Counted from the first letter of the stretch, positions 18,975-29,317 are shown. The stretch: DNA of 64,000 nt from Thermoplasmata archaeon (GCA_021826685.1 JAKAYT010000002.1:27123-91122); one strand, 5' to 3'. Program-made: numbers and translations. The notes: generated by a model not told the origin, from the letters alone.

Positions 18975-20219
18975 CTACGGACCGGACGAACTATCCAGCG
19001 GAATCTCCCGAACGTTCCAACCCTTCTTGCGGTAGAGACCGAGGACTTCGTTGGCGTGGGAGGGATCTCGCACTTCGAGATCGAGCTCGACCGTGACCTC
19101 GCCGGGGGAGCGGTCCGGGGCCTCGCGAGCGTGGCGGATGTGGCGGACGTTCGCTTGCGCCTCGGCCGCGGCGGCCAAAAAGGCGGCGAGCTGGCCCGGC
19201 ACGTCCGATACCGGTGAGGACAGACGCAGCAGGCGGCCCTCCGCCGCAAGGCCGATGAAGAGGACACGGTCGAGGACGAACGGATCGAGGTTGCCCCCGC
19301 TGATCACGACGACCACCGGGCCGTCCCGGGTCAATTCCGGATGGTCGAGAACCGCGGCCCATCCGGCCGCACCGGCACCCTCCGCCAGGATCTTCGCCTT
19401 CTCGAGCAGTACGAACGAGGCGCGCGCGATCGCCCGGTCGTCGACCGCGATCGCGCGCGCGCGCGCCGCGCGCAGGATCCGAAAGGGAAGGTCCCCGATG
19501 TGCCGCGTCGCCAAGCCGTCGGCAAACGTGTTCGGGCGGGGGCCGATGATCACGCGCCCCGCTTCGAGCGAAGGCGCGAGGTTCGATGCGCCGGTCGGCT
19601 GGACCCCGATTATCTCGGCGGACGAGCCCGCCCGGCGCACGGCGGAGGCGATGCCCGAAAGAAGGCCGCCACCCCCCACGCCCGCTACGATCCGAGCGAC
19701 GTCCGGGAGATCCTCCCGGATCTCCTCGCCGATCGTCGCCTGCCCGGCGATGACCTGCGGATCGTCGTACGGATGGACCAAGGTGCGCCCCCCCTCCTTC
19801 GCGAGCTCCACCGCGCGGTCGTAGGCATCGTCGTAATCGCTCCCGAACAGCACGACCTCCGCTCCGAGCGCGCGCGTCGCGCTGACCTTGAGCGGGGAAG
19901 CGTGCGTGGCCATCACGATCGTCGCGGGGATGCCGAACCGGCGAGCGGCCCACGCGACCCCCTGTGCGTGGTTCCCCGCCGAAGCCGCAACGACCCCGCG
20001 GGCCCGATCCTCGGGAGCCAGGCTGGCGATCTTGTTCAGGGCGCCGCGGATCTTGAATGCGCCGGTCCGCTGGAGGTTCTCGAGCTTGAGATAGACCGGG
20101 CCCGGTCCAATGCCTGGGACCTCGGGCGCGCGCACGAGCGGGGTCCGCACGACCTCGTCCTTGATGCGGCGACGAGCGCCCTCCACGTCGATCTCGGCCC
20201 ACGGCTCTCGGTCGTCCAT
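18975..20219 (-). CDS. ilvA: threonine ammonia-lyase with C-terminal ACT domain
   Basis: KLENLQRTGAFKIRGA, SAGNHAQG, GGGGL, FADG, SGGN. Confidence 0.92.
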   Translation of the reverse strand: MDDREPWAEIDVEGARRRIKDEVVRTPLVRAPEVPGIGPGPVYLKLENLQRTGAFKIRGALNKIASLAPEDRARGVVAASAGNHAQGVAWAARRFGIPATIVMATHASPLKVSATRALGAEVVLFGSDYDDAYDRAVELAKEGGRTLVHPYDDPQVIAGQATIGEEIREDLPDVARIVAGVGGGGLLSGIASAVRRAGSSAEIIGVQPTGASNLAPSLEAGRVIIGPRPNTFADGLATRHIGDLPFRILRAARARAIAVDDRAIARASFVLLEKAKILAEGAGAAGWAAVLDHPELTRDGPVVVVISGGNLDPFVLDRVLFIGLAAEGRLLRLSSPVSDVPGQLAAFLAAAAEAQANVRHIRHAREAPDRSPGEVTVELDLEVRDPSHANEVLGLYRKKGWNVREIPLDSSSGP

Positions 20220-20391
20220 CGATCGCCCGCGCTCGGGATCCTCAGGCGAGCCCGGGACCATGAGGATTGTGGCCGGATACTGCCGTGGCCGGCCCGCTCG
20301 GCTCTCTTCGCGCGCGTTCGAACCGCGCGCTCTCACACCGCCGAAAAATGCGTCGGTTTCTCTCGGAACGGGACGCTTGCTCACCCAGACA

Positions 20392-20398
20392 TTAAATA
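20392..20398 (+). promoter_or_regulatory. TATA box of ribosomal superoperon
   Basis: TTAAATA about 50 nt upstream of rpl3. Confidence 0.6.
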
Positions 20399-20448
20399 GG
20401 GCACCCTTTTCCCCGGCCCTCACTGGAGGCAGGACCCCTCATCGACCC

Positions 20449-21453
20449 ATGGCGCGACGGCATCGTCCCCGGCGAGGATCCCTCGCCTATTCACCCCGCG
20501 TCCGGGCTGCACGCCCACTTCCGCGGGTGCGTTCCTATCCTACGATCCACCCGAAGAGCCCGACCCTCGAAGGATTCGCCGGATACAAGGTCGGGATGAG
20601 CCACGCCTTCATCGTCGACTATCGAAAGCGGTCCACCACCGCGGGTCAGGAACTCGCGATTCCGGTGACCGTCGTGGAGGTTCCACCGCTGCGCATCGTC
20701 GGAGCCCGCCTCTACGACCGCGGCCCGTACGGCCTCCGAATCGCTTCGGAGGTCTGGGGTGCGAGCAATGCCCAGGATCTTGACCGACGGATTCCTACCC
20801 ACCCGGCGAGCCCGCCCGAGGCTCTCGCCGCGTTCGGATCGACCCACGCCGCCGAGGTCCGCGTCATCGTCCACACGCAGCCGCAGTTCGTCACCGGCGT
20901 TCCGTCCAAGACCCCGACCCTGTTCGAGGTCCGCGTCGCGGGCGAGAAGTTCGAGGACCGGCGCGCCCACGCACTCAAGCTCTTGGGACAGGAGCTGCGC
21001 GTCGACGAGCTCACCAAGCCGGGCGAGTTCCTGGATGTCCTCGGCGTCACGAAAGGATTCGGATTTCAGGGCCACATCCAGCGCTGGGGGGTCAAGCTCC
21101 AGCCGCGAAAGAACAGCAAGCATCGCCGGATGATCGGGACCTTGGGCCCCCACAATCCGAGCTTCGTGACCTACCGGATCCCCCAGGCGGGTCAGACCGG
21201 TTACCATCGCCGGACCCAGTTCAACATGAGAGTCCTCAAGGTCGTGAAGGACCCGCGGGCCGACCCGGTCACACCGGCGGGGGGGTTCCCCCATTACGGA
21301 GAGGTCCGCAGCCCGTGCATCGTTCTGCACGGCTCGCTTCCCGGACCCTCCAAGCGGCTCCTCCGATTCCGCACTCCGATTCGCAGCCGGGTCTCCGTCG
21401 TGGAGAACGTCGACCTGCGCTACTACAGCCTCCACTCGAAGCAGGGCGGATAG
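20449..21453 (+). CDS. rpl3: 50S ribosomal protein L3 (uL3)
   Basis: RPRRGSLAYSPRVRA, GYKVGMSH, TKGFGFQG, AGQTGYHRRT. Confidence 0.97.
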   Translation: MARRHRPRRGSLAYSPRVRAARPLPRVRSYPTIHPKSPTLEGFAGYKVGMSHAFIVDYRKRSTTAGQELAIPVTVVEVPPLRIVGARLYDRGPYGLRIASEVWGASNAQDLDRRIPTHPASPPEALAAFGSTHAAEVRVIVHTQPQFVTGVPSKTPTLFEVRVAGEKFEDRRAHALKLLGQELRVDELTKPGEFLDVLGVTKGFGFQGHIQRWGVKLQPRKNSKHRRMIGTLGPHNPSFVTYRIPQAGQTGYHRRTQFNMRVLKVVKDPRADPVTPAGGFPHYGEVRSPCIVLHGSLPGPSKRLLRFRTPIRSRVSVVENVDLRYYSLHSKQGG

Positions 21454-21457
21454 GGCC

Positions 21458-22288
21458 ATGGTTGCGGAATCCGAGGCGGCGCTTCCCGCGCCCAGCGAGC
21501 ATCATACCCCGCACCACCGGGCTCGCGTGGTCGACCTTCAGGGAAAGGAGCAGGGGACGGTTGCGCTCCCTCGGGCCTTTTCGGAAACCGTCCGTCCGGA
21601 GCTCATCCGCAAGGCCATCGACGTGGCACAGTCGCACCGCCGACAGCCGTATGGCTCGAGCCCGACCGGCGGCCGACGCCATTCCGTGGAGTGGTCCGGC
21701 AAGGGCCACGGCGTCGCTCGCACGCCCCGACTGATGGACTCCATGCGGGGGGCGCAAGCGCCGAACACCGTCGGAGGCGGGGCCGCCCACCCACCGAAGG
21801 TCAATCGGATTTGGGCGAAGCGGATCAACACCAAAGAACGGCGCCTCGCGTTCGCGAGCGCGCTCGCCGCGACCCGCATCGTGCCGCTGGCCCGGGCCCG
21901 CGGGCACGAGGTTCCCGAAGCCGCGCACCTCCCGATCGTAGTGGCGGACCCGGTCGAGCAGATCGCAACGAGCCGGGACGCCCGCGAACTGCTCGAGCAT
22001 CTCGAGCTGTGGGCCGACGTTCGCCGCGCCCAGGATGGGACGCACGTCCGCGCCGGCCGCGGCAAGCGGCGGAACCGGGTGCGCCGCACTCCGCGCAGTC
22101 TTCTGATCGTTACCAGCGCGCCGCACCGAGCCCTCGGTTTCCGCAACCTCGCCGGGGTCGAGGTCGTCACCGCGCATCGCCTCGCCACGGAGGACCTCGC
22201 TCCCGGCGGGGACCCGGGCCGCCTCACGATCTTCAGCCATGCCGCGATCGAGACGCTGCGCGAGCGCCTTGGCGAGGAGCGTCCATGA
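21458..22288 (+). CDS. rpl4: 50S ribosomal protein L4 (uL4)
   Basis: RPELIRKA, GKGHGVARTPR, KRINTKERR, LAPGGDPGRLT. Confidence 0.97.
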   Translation: MVAESEAALPAPSEHHTPHHRARVVDLQGKEQGTVALPRAFSETVRPELIRKAIDVAQSHRRQPYGSSPTGGRRHSVEWSGKGHGVARTPRLMDSMRGAQAPNTVGGGAAHPPKVNRIWAKRINTKERRLAFASALAATRIVPLARARGHEVPEAAHLPIVVADPVEQIATSRDARELLEHLELWADVRRAQDGTHVRAGRGKRRNRVRRTPRSLLIVTSAPHRALGFRNLAGVEVVTAHRLATEDLAPGGDPGRLTIFSHAAIETLRERLGEERP

Positions 22289-22548
22289 CCGGGCTTCGCC
22301 ACCGGATCTTGCTCCACGCCTACGTAACGGAGAAGTCGATGGATGAGATGGAGCGCTTGAACAAGCTTGAGTTCGTGGTCGACCGGCGGGCGAACCGGGC
22401 CGAGGTCAAACGCGCAATCGAAGAGCTCTACAGCTGCAAGGTCGCCAAGGTGAACATGAAGATCGTTCGCTCCGGCAAGATCGCTACGGTGCGCTTCGCG
22501 AAGGACTATTCGGCCGAGGACATCGGGACCCGGGCGGGGGTGTTCTGA
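22285..22548 (+). CDS. rpl23: 50S ribosomal protein L23 (uL23)
   Basis: TEKSM..NKLEFVVD, VAKVN; operon position. Confidence 0.95.
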   Translation: MTGLRHRILLHAYVTEKSMDEMERLNKLEFVVDRRANRAEVKRAIEELYSCKVAKVNMKIVRSGKIATVRFAKDYSAEDIGTRAGVF

Positions 22549-23279
22549 TGGGCAAACGCATCATCTCCCGCCGACGCGGAGCCGGCACCGGCCGCTACCG
22601 TTCCCCGAGCCACCGCCATCACGGCCCGATCTACCACCCGTCGCCCTCGGTCGTGGGGGAGGGGAAGGTCATCGGCATCGCCATGGCCCCCGGACGCACC
22701 GCGCCGGTGGCCGAGGTGCGCGGGCCGGACGGGAAGACCTACCGCACGCTCGCAATGGCGGGGATCGCCACCGGCGACACGGTGGCGCTCCATCAGGGCT
22801 CCATGGATCGAGGCTCGATCCTTGCGCTCGCCCACATCCCGGACGGGACCTTAGTCTCCAACATCGAGGTGAAGCCGTTCGATGGCGGGCGGTTGGTCCG
22901 GGCCGCCGGTACGAGCGCCCTCGTGGTCGCACACTCCGGCAAGGAGGTTACCCTCCAACTCCCGAGCGGCGCGTTCAAGGCGTTCCTCGACACGTGCCGC
23001 GCCCAGGTCGGCTCGGTCGCCGGGGGTGGTCGCAACGAGCGGCCCATCATCAAGGCGGGCAAGAAGTTCTGGGCGACTCGTTCCTTGGCCCGGGCTCCCT
23101 TCAAGGTCCGCGGGGTCGCGATGAACCCCGTCAACCACCCGTTCGGAGGTGGTGCGCATCAGCACGTCGGCCGACCGAGCACCGTCTCGAGCGGGACGTG
23201 GCCGGGCGCGAAGGTCGGGCGGTTCTCTCGATCCCAGCGCAAGAAGCGGCGGGCACGGACCACCGCCACGGTAGGGTAA
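22548..23279 (+). CDS. rpl2: 50S ribosomal protein L2 (uL2)
   Basis: MGKRIISRRRG, RAAGTSA, VRGVAMNPVNHPFGGG. Confidence 0.97.
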   Translation: MGKRIISRRRGAGTGRYRSPSHRHHGPIYHPSPSVVGEGKVIGIAMAPGRTAPVAEVRGPDGKTYRTLAMAGIATGDTVALHQGSMDRGSILALAHIPDGTLVSNIEVKPFDGGRLVRAAGTSALVVAHSGKEVTLQLPSGAFKAFLDTCRAQVGSVAGGGRNERPIIKAGKKFWATRSLARAPFKVRGVAMNPVNHPFGGGAHQHVGRPSTVSSGTWPGAKVGRFSRSQRKKRRARTTATVG

Positions 23280-23283
23280 ATCG

Positions 23284-23709
23284 ATGCCGAAGGGAAAGAA
23301 GGGTCGGAAGGTCGAGGGCCGGCGACGGCGGGAGTTCAGCTACCGCGGGCTGACGCTGGGCCGCCTGAAGGAGATGAGCCTCCCCGAACTCGCCCAGGTC
23401 CTGCCCGCGCGCGCGCGCCGTTCGATCCGCCGCGGGTTCACGGTCGAGGTCCAACGCTTCCTGGAGCGCATGCGCGAGACGTCGGCCGACAAAGTCCTTC
23501 GGACCCACACCCGCGACGCGCTCATCCTACCGGAGCACGTCGGGCGCCGCGTGGCGGTGCACAACGGCAAGGAGTACAAGGAGATCGAGGTTCGGCCCGA
23601 GATGATCGGCCACTATTACGGCGAGTTCTCCTTGACCCGCCGGTTCGAGAAACACTCCGGCCCCGGCGTCGGTGCCACGCGATCCAGCAAGTTCATGCCG
23701 CTCAAGTGA
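23284..23709 (+). CDS. rps19: 30S ribosomal protein S19 (uS19)
   Basis: FSYRG, RTHTRD, EMIGHYYGEF, GATRSSKFMPLK. Confidence 0.97.
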   Translation: MPKGKKGRKVEGRRRREFSYRGLTLGRLKEMSLPELAQVLPARARRSIRRGFTVEVQRFLERMRETSADKVLRTHTRDALILPEHVGRRVAVHNGKEYKEIEVRPEMIGHYYGEFSLTRRFEKHSGPGVGATRSSKFMPLK

Positions 23710-23729
23710 GGGGAAGAGGGAACCTATCG

Positions 23730-24188
23730 ATGAAGGGCTACACGTACCGGACGCAAACCGGCCGGGCCATCGCGCGCGCCCGGGGTGTCGAGCTGCCGAT
23801 CTCCCCGAAGAAGAGCTACGAGGTACTCAACGCGATCCGTGGGCTCCCGCTCGATAGGGCGCGCAAGATCCTCGAAGACGCGGAGCAGCTCAAGAAGGCC
23901 ATCCCATTCCGCCGCTACAACCAGGAGACCGCCCACCACACGGGTGTCGGGCCGGGCCGCTTCCCGAAGAAGGTCGCGCACCAAGTGCTCCAGGTGCTCA
24001 AGAACGCCGAGGCGAACGCCGAGTACGAAGGGCTCGACACCGATCGCTTGTACGTTCACGTCGCCGCTTCGAGCCGGGGACGCATCATCAAGGCGCGCAT
24101 GCCCCGGGCCCACGGACGCGCGACGAACTGGAACGAGCAGACGACCCACATCGAGATCGTGCTCGCCGAGGAGAAGGAAGAACAGTGA
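23730..24188 (+). CDS. rpl22: 50S ribosomal protein L22 (uL22)
   Basis: ISPKKS, GRFPKK, NAEANAE, PRAHGRA. Confidence 0.97.
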   Translation: MKGYTYRTQTGRAIARARGVELPISPKKSYEVLNAIRGLPLDRARKILEDAEQLKKAIPFRRYNQETAHHTGVGPGRFPKKVAHQVLQVLKNAEANAEYEGLDTDRLYVHVAASSRGRIIKARMPRAHGRATNWNEQTTHIEIVLAEEKEEQ

Positions 24189-24883
24189 GCGCCGAGCGCA
24201 AGGTCATCCAAGAAGCAACCCGACGCGTCCTGTTGAAGGACTTTCTCGTACGCGAGAGCGCCCGTGCCGGGTTCGGGGGCCTCGACATCCAACGCACGCC
24301 GATGGGGACTCGGGTCACGCTGATCTGCGAGCGCCCGGGCATCCTGATCGGACGCCGCGGCGAGATCATCAAGCGTCTCACCGACGACATCCAGCACCGG
24401 TTCCAGCTCGACAACCCCCAGATCGAGGTGAAGGAGGAACGCCAACCGTCGTTGAACGCCCAGCTGATGGCGGAGAAGCTCGCGAGCACGCTCGAGCGCG
24501 GCTGGCACTTCCGCCGGGCCGGGCACTCGACCGTTCGCCGCATCATGGAGAGCGGCGCGCGCGGTTGCCAGGTCATCCTCTCGGGGAAGCTGACCGGCGA
24601 ACGCCACCGAACGGAGCGGTTCAAGGCGGGGACGATCAAGTACTGCGGAGACGGTGTCCGGCTGTTCATCGAGAAGGGATTCTACCAGGCTCGGCTCAAG
24701 CCCGGGGTCATCGGCGTCAACGTCTGGATCATGCGGCCGTCCGCCAAGCTGCCGGACGAGATCAAGGTCAAGGGCGTTAGCGAGCACCGCCCGGCCCCCG
24801 TGGAGATCATTCCCCCGATCGAAGGGGACGAGGCGGTGGTGCCGATCATCGATATCCCCGCGGCGGAGGAGCCGCCCCCATGA
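24185..24883 (+). CDS. rps3: 30S ribosomal protein S3 (uS3)
   Basis: RTPMGT, RPGILIGRRG, GWHFRRAG, GVIGVNV. Confidence 0.97.
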   Translation: MSAERKVIQEATRRVLLKDFLVRESARAGFGGLDIQRTPMGTRVTLICERPGILIGRRGEIIKRLTDDIQHRFQLDNPQIEVKEERQPSLNAQLMAEKLASTLERGWHFRRAGHSTVRRIMESGARGCQVILSGKLTGERHRTERFKAGTIKYCGDGVRLFIEKGFYQARLKPGVIGVNVWIMRPSAKLPDEIKVKGVSEHRPAPVEIIPPIEGDEAVVPIIDIPAAEEPPP

Positions 24884-25110
24884 CGCTCCTGAGGATGAAG
24901 GAACTCCGCGAGTTGAGCGACGATGACCTCCGGCGCAAGATCGCCGAGGCGGAGGGGGACCTCCTTCGGGAACGCGGCGTCGCCGCGATGGGCGGCGCAC
25001 CGCCGAGCCCGGGCCGAATGCGGGCCCTGCGCACGAACGTCGCGCGAGCGCTGACGGTCCTCAACGAGCGCGAGCGGGCCTTGCGGCGGGGTCCATCGCC
25101 CGGCCCCTAG
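24880..25110 (+). CDS. rpl29: 50S ribosomal protein L29 (uL29)
   Basis: ELRELS, PGRMRALRTNVARALTV. Confidence 0.95.
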   Translation: MTLLRMKELRELSDDDLRRKIAEAEGDLLRERGVAAMGGAPPSPGRMRALRTNVARALTVLNERERALRRGPSPGP

Positions 25111-25129
25111 GTGGGACCCGGCGCGAGAG

Positions 25130-25462
25130 ATGCGGAGACGGACGGTGTCGGATATTCGCGCGCTGCCGCCCGAATTGCGAGAGGCGCTCGCCGGCGAGCT
25201 CATCGGCGCGGGGATCGAGATCGCCCGGGCTCCCTCGCTCGGCTCCCGTCGCCTCGAGGGCACCATTGTGGATGAGACCCAGGGAATGTTCCGGATCCGC
25301 TGCCGGCCGGACGACCGAACCATCTGGGTCGCCAAGGCCGGGCTCGAAGGGACGCTGCTCCTCGAGGACCGCGAGTTACCGTTAAGAGGGGATGTTCTTC
25401 GCATCCGTCCTCAGGACCGAACCAAGCGGTTGCTCCAGGCCGGTCCCAAGAGGGTACGATGA
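25130..25462 (+). CDS. rnp1: ribonuclease P protein subunit Rpp29/POP4
   Basis: ELIG, EGTIVDET, RPQDR; conserved position between L29 and S17. Confidence 0.85.
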   Translation: MRRRTVSDIRALPPELREALAGELIGAGIEIARAPSLGSRRLEGTIVDETQGMFRIRCRPDDRTIWVAKAGLEGTLLLEDRELPLRGDVLRIRPQDRTKRLLQAGPKRVR

Positions 25463-25881
25463 GCGCTTCTGGACCATCGCGACGCGCCCGGGACATCGGT
25501 CTCGATGTCCGCGCCCCGCGCGCGAGCTGCGACGACCGACACTGTCCGTTCCATGGACGTCTGCCCGTCCGCGGACAAGTGATCGAGGGGACCGTCGTCT
25601 CGATCGCGATGCAGCATACGGCCGTCGTGGAGCGTACCCTTCTCACCTACGTGCCGAAGTTCGAACGCTATGAGAAACGTCGGCGTCGGTACCTCGCCCA
25701 CGCCCCGCCGTGCCTCGCCGTGCCTACCGGACACCGGGTCCGCATCGCGGAAACCCGACCTCTTTCGAAGCTGGTCACGTTCTGCATCGTCGAGGACCTC
25801 GGCGAAGCGGCTCACCGCACGCTCGGCGAGGAGGCCCCGCCCCTCCCCGAGGCGGCTCCCCTGAAAACGGAGGCGGCATGA
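25459..25881 (+). CDS. rps17: 30S ribosomal protein S17 (uS17)
   Basis: [26 protein letters not shown]. Confidence 0.97.
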   Translation: MSASGPSRRARDIGLDVRAPRASCDDRHCPFHGRLPVRGQVIEGTVVSIAMQHTAVVERTLLTYVPKFERYEKRRRRYLAHAPPCLAVPTGHRVRIAETRPLSKLVTFCIVEDLGEAAHRTLGEEAPPLPEAAPLKTEAA

Positions 25882-26276
25882 AGGGCCTCGCCGGTCGCCG
25901 CAGTCGAGGGCTGCCGAAGGGGGCCCGGCTCGAGTGTGTCGACAACACCGGCGCCAAGGTCGTGGAGATCATCGCTGTGCGTAACTGGCACGGCACCCAC
26001 CGCCGCTACCCTCGCGCCGGCATCGCCGACCTCGTGATCGTCTCGGTGAAGAAAGGCACTCCCGAGATGCGCCGACAGGTGCTGCACGCGGTCATCGTCC
26101 GCAGCCGCGCACCGGTCCATCGACCGGACGGAACCCGCCTCGAGTTCGAGGACAACGCCGCGGTGATCACGACGGAGACCGGTGAGATCAAAGGCTCCCA
26201 GATCAAGGGGCCGGTGGCGAAAGAAGCGGCCGAGCGCTGGCCCCGGATCGCGGCGGCCTCGTCGATCATTCTGTAA
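25878..26276 (+). CDS. rpl14: 50S ribosomal protein L14 (uL14)
   Basis: [34 protein letters not shown]. Confidence 0.97.
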   Translation: MKGLAGRRSRGLPKGARLECVDNTGAKVVEIIAVRNWHGTHRRYPRAGIADLVIVSVKKGTPEMRRQVLHAVIVRSRAPVHRPDGTRLEFEDNAAVITTETGEIKGSQIKGPVAKEAAERWPRIAAASSIIL

Positions 26277-26291
26277 CCAAGGAGGTGGGCG

Positions 26292-26939
26292 ATGTCCGGT
26301 ATCTCTCCCAGTTCCTCGCGCCGACAACGCAAGGCGCTGTACAACGCCCACACCGCGAAGCGGCGCCGGCTCATGTCGGTCCCCCTTTCGAAGGACTTGC
26401 GCGCTCGGTTCCACCGTCGCGCGCTGCCGCTCCGCAAGGGCGACACGGTCCGCATCCTCAAGGGAAGCTACGAGGGGCGGGAGGAACGCGTCGCGAAGGT
26501 CGATCGCCGAGCTCTCGCCGTCACCCTGGACAACGTTACGAGCAAGACGGGGGAGTCGAAGCAGACCCCGCTCCCCGTGCGCACGGGGAGCCTCGTGCTC
26601 GTCCACCTGAACCTGGCCGATCCCTGGCGTCGGCGCCGGCTCAACGTCACCGAGGCCGAACTGACGCCCGAAGAGCTGGGGGTCCCGCCGACGCCCGAGG
26701 AGACCGAAGCTCCCGCGCCGGCGACGCCGGCTCTTCCCCCGACCACGCCCGAAGCAGTGGAGACCGCACCAACCCCGAAGGACGAGCCTACCCTCGAGGA
26801 CCTCCTGAAGGACGAGGAGGAGGACGACGACGAGGAAGAGGAGGAGGACGACGAAGAGGACGAACCGCCGGCACCCCCGAAAGCCTCCGTGCCGACGAAG
26901 AAGGGCCGGAAGAGCCTGCCCTCGGGAGATCGCACATGA
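26292..26939 (+). CDS. rpl24: 50S ribosomal protein L24 (uL24) with long acidic C-terminal tail
   Basis: QRKALYNA, LSKDLR, LRKGDTVRILKG KOW motif. Confidence 0.95.
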   Translation: MSGISPSSSRRQRKALYNAHTAKRRRLMSVPLSKDLRARFHRRALPLRKGDTVRILKGSYEGREERVAKVDRRALAVTLDNVTSKTGESKQTPLPVRTGSLVLVHLNLADPWRRRRLNVTEAELTPEELGVPPTPEETEAPAPATPALPPTTPEAVETAPTPKDEPTLEDLLKDEEEDDDEEEEEDDEEDEPPAPPKASVPTKKGRKSLPSGDRT

Positions 26940-27652
26940 CCCGTCGAATGAAGCGGCGCGCAGCCCCGCGGAGCTGGACGGTCCCCCGCAAGGGAACGAA
27001 GTGGATCCGCCGGCCGTCTCCCGGCCCTCATCCTCAGGAGGACTCGATCCCTCTCGTCCTCGTGCTGCGCGACGTGCAGCACATGGTGCGGAATGCGCGC
27101 GAGGCACGCATCTTGGCGCGGAACGGATCCGTACTGGTCGACGGCAAGGTCGTCCATGACCTCGCGCGCGGCCTGGGCCTAATGGATACGCTCAGTCTCG
27201 GTGCCCCGCTCAATGCGCACTACCGCGTGGTCAAGGACCGGCACAACCGCCTGCAGCTCGTATCGATCTCCGGCGATGAAGCGGGCGTCAAGCTCGCGCG
27301 CGTCCGATTCAAGCACTCCGTACCGAGCGGACGGGTCGAGGTGACACTCCACGACGGGCGCAACCTCCTCGTGCCGGCGAACTCGCCCTACCGGGTCGGA
27401 GATACCCTCAAGCTCGAGGTCCCGGCCCAGAAGGTCGTCAAGCACGTGCCGCTCGCCCCGGGCCAGCTCGCCTACGTGAGCGGGGGAACGCACGTCGGCG
27501 AGATGGGGCATGTCGAGCGGGTCGAAATCCGCAACTCTTCACAGCCGAATCTCGTCCACTTCAAGGAAGGGTTCTCGACCGTGAAGGATCATGTGTTCGT
27601 GGTCGGCGAGACGACGCCGCTCGTGACGCTCCAGGAGGCATTGAGCCGATGA
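26936..27652 (+). CDS. rps4e: 30S ribosomal protein S4e
   Basis: MKRRAAPRSW, PSPGPH, LHDGRN, GGTHVG. Confidence 0.97.
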   Translation: MTRRMKRRAAPRSWTVPRKGTKWIRRPSPGPHPQEDSIPLVLVLRDVQHMVRNAREARILARNGSVLVDGKVVHDLARGLGLMDTLSLGAPLNAHYRVVKDRHNRLQLVSISGDEAGVKLARVRFKHSVPSGRVEVTLHDGRNLLVPANSPYRVGDTLKLEVPAQKVVKHVPLAPGQLAYVSGGTHVGEMGHVERVEIRNSSQPNLVHFKEGFSTVKDHVFVVGETTPLVTLQEALSR

Positions 27653-28212
27653 GCGCCCCTGCCTCCGGGGTCGCCCCAACGGCGGCGGCCTCTCCTTCCC
27701 ACGGAAATCCGCTGCGCGCGCTCAAGGTCATCAAGGTCGTGGTGAACGCCGGCGTCGGCGAATCGGGCGAAGCGCGCACGAAGGCCGAGAAGGTCCTCCA
27801 GATGGTGACGCATCAGAAACCGGTCGCGACCCGGGCTCATTCCACGAACCGGGACTTCGGCATCCGTGAGGGCCAGGAGATCGGGGCGAAGACGACGCTC
27901 CGCGGTCCGGGCGCGGTCGAGTTCCTGGAACACGCGTTCGAAGCGCGGGACCGGCAGCTCGACCCGAACTCGATCGACCGGTTTGGCAACTTCTCCTTCG
28001 GTATCGCGGACTACACGGACTTTACCGGCATGAAGTACGATCCTCAGATCGGGATCCACGGCATGGACATCGCGGTCGAGATCGGCCGCTCGGGTTGGCG
28101 CGTGCGCGACCGGCGCACGCGGAGCGCTCCCATCCCGCGACGCCTGAGGTCGACCCGGGAGGAGACGCGTCGCTTCCTCGAGGAACGGTTCAAGGTCACG
28201 TTCGTGGAGTGA
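27649..28212 (+). CDS. rpl5: 50S ribosomal protein L5 (uL5)
   Basis: [39 protein letters not shown]. Confidence 0.97.
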   Translation: MSAPASGVAPTAAASPSHGNPLRALKVIKVVVNAGVGESGEARTKAEKVLQMVTHQKPVATRAHSTNRDFGIREGQEIGAKTTLRGPGAVEFLEHAFEARDRQLDPNSIDRFGNFSFGIADYTDFTGMKYDPQIGIHGMDIAVEIGRSGWRVRDRRTRSAPIPRRLRSTREETRRFLEERFKVTFVE

Positions 28213-28220
28213 GAATATCG

Positions 28221-28367
28221 ATGAAACCGAAGAAGCGCTTTGGGCGGAAGGAGGGCTGCTTGCGCTGCGACCGCAAGCGGGGGATCGTCCGGCGCTACGG
28301 GTTGCACGTGTGCCGCCAGTGCTTCCGCGAGGTCGCCACCGACCTCGGGTTCCGCAAGTATCAGTAG
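28221..28367 (+). CDS. rps14: 30S ribosomal protein S14 (Zn-binding)
   Basis: CLRC...[18 protein letters not shown]. Confidence 0.96.
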   Translation: MKPKKRFGRKEGCLRCDRKRGIVRRYGLHVCRQCFREVATDLGFRKYQ

Positions 28368-28380
28368 GGGAGGGTTCACG

Positions 28381-28770
28381 ATGCCTCAAGATTTGCTCAA
28401 CGACGCACTCGTCTCGCTTCGCCATTCCGACCGGGGCGGGAAGGCGGGCGTATCGATCGAGCCCACGTCCAAGCTCATCGGAGAGGTGCTCCGGATCTTC
28501 CGAGAGCACCAGTACATCACGGACTTCACGTTCGTCGAAAATGGGAAGGGTGGCCGCTACGATGTCACGCTCTCGCGCCGCATCAACCACTGCGGCGTGA
28601 TCAAGCCCCGTATCTCCGTCGCCTTCCGCGACCTCGAGCGGTACGAGTCCCGTTACCTGCCCGCCCAGGACTTCGGGCTGCTCGTCGTCAGCACGCACCG
28701 CGGAATCGTGACCCAGCAAGAGGCACGGGAACAGAAGATCGGTGGGAGGCTGCTCGCGTATGTCTACTGA
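28381..28770 (+). CDS. rps8: 30S ribosomal protein S8 (uS8)
   Basis: DLLNDAL, INHCGVIKPR, YLPAQDFG, GGRLLAYVY. Confidence 0.97.
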   Translation: MPQDLLNDALVSLRHSDRGGKAGVSIEPTSKLIGEVLRIFREHQYITDFTFVENGKGGRYDVTLSRRINHCGVIKPRISVAFRDLERYESRYLPAQDFGLLVVSTHRGIVTQQEAREQKIGGRLLAYVY

Positions 28771-29317
28771 GGAGAGCGTCGTCTCGATCCCGATCCCGCC
28801 CAAGGTCAAGATCCGGCTCGAGGGGCGGATGCTGGTCGGAGAGGGCCCACTGGGCACCGTTGCGCGCCCGTTCCCGAAGGACGCGATCAACTTGGCGGCC
28901 TCCGCGAACTCGGTCACGCTCACGTTGCGCCTCCCCCCTCACCGACGCGAGTCGAAGGCGCTCCTGCGCACCTGGGTGGCCCACGTGAACAACATCGCGG
29001 GTGGCGTGAGCCGCGGGGTCGAGGCCCGCATGAAGATCGTCGCCGCCCACTTCCCGATGAAGGTCGCCGCGAAGGGCTCCGAGCTCGTGATCGAGAACTT
29101 CCTCGGCGAAAAGCACCCCCGCTCCGCCCCGCTGCTCCCGGGCACGAAGGCGACCGTCGAGGGGGAGTTCGTTCTCCTCGCGGGCAACGACGTCGAGCAG
29201 GTCGGCCAGAGTGCGGCGAACATCGAGCGCGCCACGCACATCCGTGACTACGATCCCCGCGTCTTCCAGGACGGAATCTACCTGATCGAGTCGGCCCACC
29301 TGAAGGAGGCCAGCTGA
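28760..29317 (+). CDS. rpl6: 50S ribosomal protein L6 (uL6)
   Basis: AHFPM, NFLGEK, VGQSAANIE, DPRVFQDGIY. Confidence 0.97.
   Translation: MSTEESVVSIPIPPKVKIRLEGRMLVGEGPLGTVARPFPKDAINLAASANSVTLTLRLPPHRRESKALLRTWVAHVNNIAGGVSRGVEARMKIVAAHFPMKVAAKGSELVIENFLGEKHPRSAPLLPGTKATVEGEFVLLAGNDVEQVGQSAANIERATHIRDYDPRVFQDGIYLIESAHLKEAS

Noticed and set aside
20309-20331. GC hairpin GCGCGCG-TTCGAAC-CGCGCGC in the ilvA/rpl3 spacer
   Set aside because: It contains TTCGAA but no cloverleaf; an isolated low-complexity stem.
26811-26865. GAG/GAC microsatellite-like tract
   Set aside because: It encodes the acidic tail of uL24 and is not an independent repeat.
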